Origin: Fibrobacteria bacterium
GTDB lineage: Bacteria; Fibrobacterota; Fibrobacteria; UBA11236
Assembly (NCBI GenBank): GCA_043732185.1
Contig: JAYTHY010000019.1
Span: 1-41,324 of the forward strand
Direction of reading: 5' to 3'
Length of the DNA stretch: 41,324 bases
The number at the start of each line of letters is the position of its first letter. Positions within the stretch are counted from its first letter, which is position 1. This document shows positions 28,968 through 36,497 of the stretch, piece after piece. The translations under genes were made by a program, and so were the position numbers. Below the pieces are notes generated by a model. It worked only from the letters and a program-made list of their open reading frames with translations, did not search any database and had not been told where the DNA came from.

Positions 28968-30193
28968 GAATCGTGGTGGTAGGGGCGGGGCCTGCCGGTT
29001 TGGCTGCGGCTGTTACGGCGGCGGAAAATGGCGCAGACGTTTGCCTGCTGGATGAAAATCCGCAACCGGGTGGACAAATTTGGAGACAAGGAATCAAGTC
29101 TGCTATACCTAAAGCGGCACAGCAATGGTTCCGTCGATTACAAGCACAGAAAATTGAATCCCATTTTGGGATGACTGTTGTCGGCGCAGAACCGGGAGTT
29201 GTGACGGCACTGACTGCCGGGGATGGAACGCGGAAATTTTCCTATGACTCGCTCATTTTGGCTACCGGAGCACGCGAGCTTTTTTTACCGTTTCCGGGTT
29301 GGACACTTCCCAATGTGATGGGCTGCGGAGGTGCACAGGCCTTTCTGAAAGCCGGTTGGCCGGTGAAAGGGCTGCGTCTTGTTGTGGCCGGTTCAGGACC
29401 ACTTTTATTGGCGGTGGCTTCGGCTTTTAAGGACAAGGGAGCGATCGTTGTCGGCATAGTTGAACAGGCCAATACCGGTTCTCTAATCCGTTTTGGAGCA
29501 AGCTTACTCCAGCATCCGGAAAAATTAGGGGATGGCATGCGGTATGGCTGGAAATGTTTTCCAACCATGATGAAATCCGGAACGTGGATAAGTCGCGCGC
29601 GCGGAGGAGAACATTTGCAATCGGTTATGGCCACCAACGGGCATCGCGAATGGGAATGGGAATGCGATGTGCTGGCCTGCGGTTTTGGGCTCATCCCCAA
29701 TACCGAACTGGCTGAATCGTTGGGATGTATTTTGGAAGCTGGCCGAGTCAAAGTGGATGCCGAGCAGCGAACCAGCCAGTCAAATATCTATTCGGTTGGC
29801 GAGAGCACGGGTATTGGCGGCGAGAGCGTGGCACTTCTGGAAGGGGAGATCGCCTCCCTGTCCATTTTAAAATCTGCCAACTTGCCAAGTAAAATTCACG
29901 CACGCGGGCGCTGGAATGGATTCCAACGAGACTTGGAAAATTGCTTCCGGTTGCGTCCGGAAGTTCTCGGATTAGCGGAATCGGATACCGTAGTTTGCCG
30001 CTGTGAAGATGTCACTTTCGGCAGTCTAAAGTCTTTGCCGAATCAACGCACTGCTAAGCTGTACACGCGTTGCGGCATGGGTCCCTGCCAGGGCCGCGTC
30101 TGCGGGCCTGCGTGCCGGGCCATATTCGGTTGGGAACTAAACAAACCCCGTTGGCCATTGGTGCCTGTGGAAATGGGCGCCTTGCTTAGCTAG
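28964..30193 (+). CDS. D-hydroxyproline dehydrogenase alpha subunit
   Basis: VVGAGPAG, GGQIWR, ATGARE..LPFPGWTLP, CRCEDV, RCGMGPCQGRVC. Confidence 0.82.
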   Translation: MRIVVVGAGPAGLAAAVTAAENGADVCLLDENPQPGGQIWRQGIKSAIPKAAQQWFRRLQAQKIESHFGMTVVGAEPGVVTALTAGDGTRKFSYDSLILATGARELFLPFPGWTLPNVMGCGGAQAFLKAGWPVKGLRLVVAGSGPLLLAVASAFKDKGAIVVGIVEQANTGSLIRFGASLLQHPEKLGDGMRYGWKCFPTMMKSGTWISRARGGEHLQSVMATNGHREWEWECDVLACGFGLIPNTELAESLGCILEAGRVKVDAEQRTSQSNIYSVGESTGIGGESVALLEGEIASLSILKSANLPSKIHARGRWNGFQRDLENCFRLRPEVLGLAESDTVVCRCEDVTFGSLKSLPNQRTAKLYTRCGMGPCQGRVCGPACRAIFGWELNKPRWPLVPVEMGALLS

Positions 30194-30198
30194 TTTTC
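30125..30198. repeat. Direct repeat B, copy 1 (3' end of the alpha-subunit gene)
   Basis: 73/74 identical to 34185-34258; the single mismatch is T30151/C34211. Confidence 0.97.
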
Positions 30199-30414
30199 GG
30201 GGATTATAAAAAAAATGTCTTTTTTTGTTTTGGCAAAATGGCAATCCTATTTATTCATCAATTATAAGCCAAAATGACTGCGAGTAACCACGCAAAATGG
30301 TCCTTGTATAGGGCAGGATTTGAAAGTAGATTCCCAATTGTGAAATCTGCTCAAGCCAACTTTTTCCATGAAAGCAGATTATTTGTGGTAATCCTGAAAA
30401 AAATGAGGTAGGTT

Positions 30415-32606
30415 ATGAATATGCGAATGATAAAAATGTGTGGGGGGGGGTACTTCTCCTTGCTAGTGCTCTAAATCTTCAGGCCGCCACGACTAATAGT
30501 TCCGTACCGGAAATAATTTCAACCAGTCGAAGCCGGTACCCACTGACTCATGGAAATGAGGTCGTAGAGGTCCAAAAAGTGTGGAACCCGGTAACCAAAT
30601 CCATTCAAATTGTATCCAACTCTGCTCAAGTTCAAAGTGCTCAAGATCTGGTGCGCTTGGAAGATGAAGAAAAAACTGCTGCAAGAAAGAAAAATGGGGC
30701 GCTTTCTCCAGACTTGTTGGACAGGTTTAATGCAATGGCAGATTCAGATTCTGTGGAGGTCTGGATTCACCCAAATGTTCCATCCATACCCATGATGGAT
30801 AAAACTCTTCATACTGTGTCGGAACTTAAAGAACATGCCCGCATGAACTCGATACAATTGCCGTATTTTTCCATGGAAACCATTTTGCGGCGTCATGGAA
30901 TTGAGCCGCTTTTAAATTCACAATCACAAACTTTAGGACGAAGCAGGGACAGACATTTTCTGAAAATCTCAAAGCGCAATTTGGCACTGCTTAGGTATGA
31001 TCCAGATGTTGTGACGATTGAATCAAAAACCGACTTTGCTCCCCTTACGCAACCCTTTTCATCCCTTGCAGCATCAGCTTACAATCCCGCCAATGGCATA
31101 CCTCTTGCCTGGAGGGGTCAAGGAGTCAATGCCGCGACCTTTGAGATTGGGCTGGCCTGGCATTTACAGTGGTCGAATGGACCGCAAATGGGTGAGTTTT
31201 TGTCTGGAGGGGATTTGGTTACCTGTGCCAATTTGAATACGGCAAATCTTTTGAACACTCACACTCTGATTGATAATAATGGCGGGTGGGTAAATGGAGT
31301 TTGGAAACAAGGTGCTACTCTATCTACATGGAATAACTGGGAACATTCTCAACAAACTTTTCAATGCTTGAGATATGCCGCTCCAAGTGCAAATTTATTT
31401 CACCTTTCTGATGGAGATGGAGTTCCATACTATAGAGTGGATTATATTAAGACCTTACAAATTCAAACTATCAGCCTAAGCTATGCTCGAAATGCCCCCG
31501 CTCCAGGATGTCCCCCCACTTCACAATGGCTAGCGTTACCGCCTAGCACCAAAGAATTCATGGAAATTGACCAACAAGCGTTGGAGTACCCCTTTACACT
31601 GTTTTGTTCCCCTGCAGGCAACCAAGGGCACATATTTGAAGTCAATTGGCAGAATTACAACGGACTCAGTGTAGGAAATGTAAGGCATACGAACCTCAAC
31701 CATTATGAGTTTTCACCTGGCAATGGCAATGTAGATGTTTGCAAAGGAACCGGGGAGGGGACCATGTCCAGAAATCCGCGTGCCATCTACGCTGGGCCTG
31801 ATATTATTCCCGGTGGATACCCCTATTCCTACAACCCCGGTGACCGCGAAATGCCGAGTATTGTTGCGCCGGGTACTATGCCGGATGGACAATCTATGAG
31901 TGATCCTTGCGTTCCACAGCCAATAACAATGGGAACCAGTTATAGCGCGCCCACTTTAAGTGGTATTGCAGCGTGTGTGCTTAGTGTAAAAAATGCATAC
32001 GCCCAAGATTATGTAATGAAGAATTGGCCTGAAAAGGTAAGAGCAGCCCTCTTGGTTACGGCGCAAAATGTTTCTGGGGCGGATTGGGACTCTCGGGTAG
32101 ATGGCTGGGATGGAGCCGGTGTGGTCTAAGGTTCAGAAGCTGTCAATTTTGCGCTTAATTTCCAAACCGTTTTTCCGGGAGATGTCGGGGTTCCCATTGG
32201 GCTTTCATATAGAACGGTATATGGGGACGCAGCTTCTTTTAATGGAACGGACGTTTATAATATCAAGTTATCAAGTACCAAAAAATTGGGATACCACCTA
32301 AGAGTAGTACTGGTTTGGGACAGCAATCCGCTCACGACCTACAGCTCGGCTGGTGTGAGGATGGATGACAATCGACTGAGCGATCTAGACTTGACTGTTG
32401 CAAGCGGCACAGGAACTCCATCCATTGGCACCCATGTTTCCGCGAGCTGGGACAATAGCATTGAAATTGTTGATATCCCTTACTCACAATTGACTGCGTC
32501 GGGAAACTATACCGCTAGTGTGAGAAAGCTTTTAAACCGGGTTCCTACCGGTGCAGTTTTTTACTATTGCATTGCCTGGACCTGGGTAAAAGACCATGCG
32601 AATTAA
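30415..32606 (+). pseudogene. Secreted S8 subtilase-like protease, frameshifted at a G9 tract and with one in-frame TAA
   Basis: AGNQG, IVAPG, GTSYSAP, WPEKVRAALL, GAG; C-terminal LRVVLVWD...SDLDL..SWDNSIEIV domain in the same frame after TAA 32127-32129. The RBS-linked ATG at 30415 is out of frame by one G. Confidence 0.8.
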
Positions 32607-32625
32607 ATTCAGGGGGGAAAATATT

Positions 32626-33285
32626 ATGGAAAATAGGATAGGAAATAGTGCGATCGTCGTATTAGTTCTTGTAATCACATCTGTATCTGCGCAAAGGTAC
32701 TCGAGAGTCTTGGACTGCTTGGGTACACAAGTTTCAAAAGATGCTGACAGCACTGTATACTCCGGCATGCGGCCTTGGATAGACACCGTCCAGGATACTG
32801 CTCACTTCCTAGGATTTGTGGAAGGCTGTGACCCCCCTACATGCAATCCAATTTTTTCAAATTGCAATCCAAATCCTGGATGCAAAATTTATTGGATTGA
32901 AGCTGCTATCGATGCTGATTTAGTGAACGACAGAATTAGTACGCTTGAAAGACATAAAATATACGATACTTGGGCCGCGGACTTGAATGCAAGTTTCAAA
33001 TTAAAAGTGCTATTTCCTTCATTCATTGAAGATAGCGTACCAGTTACGGTTGATTCCTCTACGCATTATGCCATTTGGCCATTTCCCTGGCTTACGAAAG
33101 GGGATATTTTAGCTTTGAGCAAAAAGTGCTATATCAATAAAATTGAATTTCCCTACCAACCCGTAGTTAACCGCGGTAGTCACTCCATCCCCATTTATCC
33201 AAAGGGAGGGAAAGCCTTCAATGGTAAGGGCCAGAAAATGGGCGATGCAAAATCGGGCGTTTATTATTTAAGACCTAAGCCATGA
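32626..33285 (+). CDS. Secreted Cys-rich protein, paralog 1
   Basis: Signal peptide (VSA-Q), CDPPTCNPIFSNCNPNPGC, C-terminal FNGKGQK...GVYYL. Alternative start at 32596. Confidence 0.8.
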   Translation: MENRIGNSAIVVLVLVITSVSAQRYSRVLDCLGTQVSKDADSTVYSGMRPWIDTVQDTAHFLGFVEGCDPPTCNPIFSNCNPNPGCKIYWIEAAIDADLVNDRISTLERHKIYDTWAADLNASFKLKVLFPSFIEDSVPVTVDSSTHYAIWPFPWLTKGDILALSKKCYINKIEFPYQPVVNRGSHSIPIYPKGGKAFNGKGQKMGDAKSGVYYLRPKP

Positions 33286-34077
33286 AATTTGTCTCGATAT
33301 CATTTAGTGTGATTCTTATTTCTTATTGCAGCCTAACCGAAATTATCAAGTCCGTTGGGTAGTAGACGTTGCATTAAGAAGTTCAATAGGAAAATAATGA
33401 AAAATGGAAATGGCATTAGGGTCAGCCTGACACTTCTGCTCGCGACAAACTTGGCAATCTCCCAACAGCACTTACGAGTAGTTGACTGTCTAGGCACTCA
33501 AGTTTTAAAAGATGCTGACAGCACTGTTTATTCAGACATAAAATATTGGATGGATACTGCCCAAGATACCGCGCACTTTCTTGGACTGTGGGGTGGATGT
33601 AATCCCCCGTTGACTTGCAACCCGATTTTTCTTAAAAATCCGATTTATATAAATTGCCACCCTGATTCGGAGTGTACATTTAGTTGGATTTTCGCTAGAA
33701 TAGGCGCTTATTTAGTAAACGATAAAATTAGCACATCCGAAAGAAATAAAATATACGACACATTGGCCGCGGACTTGAATGCAAGTTTCAATTTAAAAGA
33801 GCTGCATCCCACCTTCATAGAAGATAGTGTGCCTGTTACAGTTGACTCTTCAAACCACTATTTCCTTGGGCAATATCCCTGGCTTACGAAAGGGGATATT
33901 TTGGCTTTGAGCAAAAAGTGCTATATCAATAAAATTGGATTTCCTATGCAACCCGTAGTTAACCGCGGTAGTCACCCCATAATAATTAATCCAAAGGGAG
34001 GGAAAGCCTTTAATGGCAAGGGCCAGAAAATGGGCGAGGCAAAATCTGGCGTTTATTATTTAAAACCTAAACCTTAA
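33085..34077 (+). repeat. Highly similar 3' ends of the two paralogs (33085-33285 vs 33877-34077)
   Basis: Ungapped alignment at offset 792. Confidence 0.9.
33397..34077 (+). CDS. Secreted Cys-rich protein, paralog 2
   Basis: Aligns with paralog 1 (DCLGTQV.KDADSTVYS, AADLNASF, PWLTKGDILALSKKCYINKI). Confidence 0.8.
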   Translation: MKNGNGIRVSLTLLLATNLAISQQHLRVVDCLGTQVLKDADSTVYSDIKYWMDTAQDTAHFLGLWGGCNPPLTCNPIFLKNPIYINCHPDSECTFSWIFARIGAYLVNDKISTSERNKIYDTLAADLNASFNLKELHPTFIEDSVPVTVDSSNHYFLGQYPWLTKGDILALSKKCYINKIGFPMQPVVNRGSHPIIINPKGGKAFNGKGQKMGEAKSGVYYLKPKP

Positions 34078-34184
34078 AATGTCTCCAAATATTAATCTCG
34101 TCGATTTTCGTACCGTAAGTCGACATCAAGGCATTATTCAAGTCTAAATTGAATTATCGGCAATACCTTCCCTCTTTTGCAATG

Positions 34185-34258
34185 TTCGGTTGGGAACTAA
34201 ACAAACCCCGCTGGCCATTGGTGCCTGTGGAAATGGGCGCCTTGCTTAGCTAGTTTTC
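34185..34258. repeat. Direct repeat B, copy 2 (directly upstream of rarA)
   Basis: See copy 1; ends 4 nt before the rarA ATG. Confidence 0.97.
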
Positions 34259-34262
34259 CGGC

Positions 34263-36497
34263 ATGCAAAAACCGGATTCCGTCCAAAACCCAGCGGTTGC
34301 AAAAGATTCCCCACTCGCCGCCCGCATGCGACCCCGGACCCTGGATGAATTCATCGGTCAGGAACATATACTCGGAGCGGGGCGATTGCTTCGGCGCGCT
34401 ATCCAAGCGGACCAACTCAGTTCCATTCTATTGTACGGCCCACCCGGCACAGGCAAGACCACCTTGGCCCAAATCATTGCCAATACCACCCGGGCCCGCT
34501 TCTTGGCAATCAATGCCGTCCTAGCAGGCGTTAAGGATATTCGCGAAGCCATTGAGACTGCACGCGAAGCCCGCCAGGAAAGCCAGCAGAAAACCATCTT
34601 GTTTGTCGATGAAGTTCATCGCTTCAACAAAGCGCAGCAAGATGCGTTACTGCCGCATGTCGAGAACGGGACCTTGACTTTAATCGGAGCCACCACCGAG
34701 AACCCCTACTTTGAAGTGAACAAGGCCCTGGTCTCGCGCTCACGCATATTTCAAATGCATGCTCTGGGGGCCGATAATATTCGCGCGGTAATACTAGCGG
34801 CTTTGGCGGATAAGGATCGCGGCTACGGGCGGCAAGCGGTGGAGATGGAACCGCAAGCCTTGGAGCATATCGTACGGGTGGCTTCAGGAGATGCGCGCAG
34901 CGCGCTCAATGCGTTGGAACTGGCGGTGGAGACCACTCCTGCTGGTGCGGACGGAATCGCCCGAATAAGTCTGGAAGTGGCTGAAGAGAGCATACAGCGC
35001 CGGGCTGTGCTTTATGACAAGGACGGCGATGCCCATTACGATACCATCTCCGCCTTCATTAAATCCATGCGGGGTTCTGATCCGGATGCCTCCTTATACT
35101 GGCTTTCCAAAATGGTTTATGCAGGCGAGGATCCCCGTTTTATTTTCCGGCGCATGCTTATACTTGCATCAGAAGACGTGGGTATGGCCGACCCCCATGC
35201 ATTGGGAGTGGTTGCGGCCGCGGCGCAGGCTTTTGATTATGTCGGACTTCCCGAAGGTCAGTTCCATTTGACCCAGGCATGTCTCTACCTGGCCACGGCT
35301 CCCAAAAGCAATACCGCATTGGCCTATTTTGAGGCGCTGGAATCCGTGCGGAGTGAGCAACAGGATCAGGTACCCGATCCTCTTAAGGACAAGAGTCGTG
35401 ATGGGGATGGATTTGGGCATGGTAAGGGATATCTGTATCCACACGCCTACCGGGACCATTGGGTCGCGCAGCAGTACTTGCCCGGAGCCTTGCAAGGTAA
35501 GATTTTCTACCAGCCCAAGGATTCAGGCTATGAATCCACGATTCGGGACCGGGTCTCTCGCAATCGCGAGGCGCAAATGGCGGCGATGGATCAGGTTCAA
35601 ACTACTTTGGAATGGACGGACGTTTCCAAATCTCGAGTCGGAAAAAATAAACGCAATACCTCTTCCACATGGCTGGACAGAGCTGCCAATCAAAGCAGCG
35701 AAGTATTGAAGCAAGTGCGCGATGGCATTTTTCAGCAAGCCGGACTGCGCCAGGATAGTCTGGTGCTCGACTTAGGCGGAGGAACCGGATTTTTGACTTG
35801 GGAAGCCTGTCGGCTCTGTCCTTCGGGTGGCGTATGGTCGCGCTGTGACGATATGGAAAACCTCCAGCGGATGGAGGAATGGGCCAGTCATGTTGAATCC
35901 CTGTCGCGCCCCAGTTTACTGGCCGCGTCTTTGGAAGACTTGCCTGCTACACTGCGGAAGGAAAGCGAACAACCGCGATTCGATGCTTTTGTGGGCATGG
36001 ATCTCATGCGCAAAACCCAAGACGCGCAGGCATGGATAGTGGGACTACGTGATTTTGCGGCCCCGGGTGCAACCCTAGTGTTGGCGGAAGCGAATGCTTC
36101 CCGTTCCCAACGGTTCACCGCATTGCTTTCGAAAAAAAGCATCGACCCAGCCTTGCTTGCTAAAGTGAATGATTTGGAAATTGCCTGGCAAAGCAGCAAG
36201 CCGAAATCGCAACTGGAAAAATTGCAAAAGCAATTGATGGAGCACACTGATTTCCGCCCCAGCTTGGTTCTCGGTGACTTTACCGTTCTAAAACATTTTA
36301 GTCCCGCACAAATACGAACATGGTTCTCACCCGCCGAAGCGAAATCCAAGGATTCCCTTTTGTCCATTGTGTCCGCAGAACTTTCGCGTGGCGAACAGGC
36401 TGCAATCGAGGCAACACTATTGGATCTTTTTTCCGGTCCAGGTGTGGACTGGCGCCAGAGTTATGACTTTTTGACTTTAGCGTTTAGCGCGCGGTAG
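34263..36497 (+). CDS. rarA: RarA/MgsA AAA+ ATPase with C-terminal methyltransferase-like extension
   Basis: PLAARMRP, GPPGTGKT, FVDEVHRFNKAQQD, GATTENPYF, SAFIKSMRGSD, YLYPH; extension carries VLDLGGGTG. Confidence 0.92.
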   Translation: MQKPDSVQNPAVAKDSPLAARMRPRTLDEFIGQEHILGAGRLLRRAIQADQLSSILLYGPPGTGKTTLAQIIANTTRARFLAINAVLAGVKDIREAIETAREARQESQQKTILFVDEVHRFNKAQQDALLPHVENGTLTLIGATTENPYFEVNKALVSRSRIFQMHALGADNIRAVILAALADKDRGYGRQAVEMEPQALEHIVRVASGDARSALNALELAVETTPAGADGIARISLEVAEESIQRRAVLYDKDGDAHYDTISAFIKSMRGSDPDASLYWLSKMVYAGEDPRFIFRRMLILASEDVGMADPHALGVVAAAAQAFDYVGLPEGQFHLTQACLYLATAPKSNTALAYFEALESVRSEQQDQVPDPLKDKSRDGDGFGHGKGYLYPHAYRDHWVAQQYLPGALQGKIFYQPKDSGYESTIRDRVSRNREAQMAAMDQVQTTLEWTDVSKSRVGKNKRNTSSTWLDRAANQSSEVLKQVRDGIFQQAGLRQDSLVLDLGGGTGFLTWEACRLCPSGGVWSRCDDMENLQRMEEWASHVESLSRPSLLAASLEDLPATLRKESEQPRFDAFVGMDLMRKTQDAQAWIVGLRDFAAPGATLVLAEANASRSQRFTALLSKKSIDPALLAKVNDLEIAWQSSKPKSQLEKLQKQLMEHTDFRPSLVLGDFTVLKHFSPAQIRTWFSPAEAKSKDSLLSIVSAELSRGEQAAIEATLLDLFSGPGVDWRQSYDFLTLAFSAR

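Larger units (their letters stand above)
30125..34258. mobile_element. ~4.06-kb inserted cassette bounded by 74-bp direct repeats; no recombinase
   Basis: Direct repeats at offset 4060; interior appears more AT-rich by eye; cargo is unrelated to the flanking genes. Confidence 0.75.

Noticed and set aside
27620..30193. HCN synthase, opine oxidase or sarcosine oxidase
   Set aside because: These share homologous subunits, but coupling to the Hyp epimerase and the divergent deaminase/KGSADH genes supports D-Hyp dehydrogenase.
24051..32129. Genome-wide stop-codon reassignment or pyrrolysine explaining the two in-frame stops
   Set aside because: The stops are different codons (TAG and TAA), both end ordinary genes at expected positions elsewhere in the window, and no pyl genes are visible.
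33085..34077. Diversity-generating retroelement TR/VR pair
   Set aside because: Differences include non-adenine positions, both copies are full genes, and no reverse transcriptase is present.
34136..34154. Recombinase core, dif or attC site (ATTCAA-N7-TTGAAT)
   Set aside because: The arms are only 6 bp in AT-rich DNA, there is no counterpart at the other end, and it does not match the dif or attC consensus.
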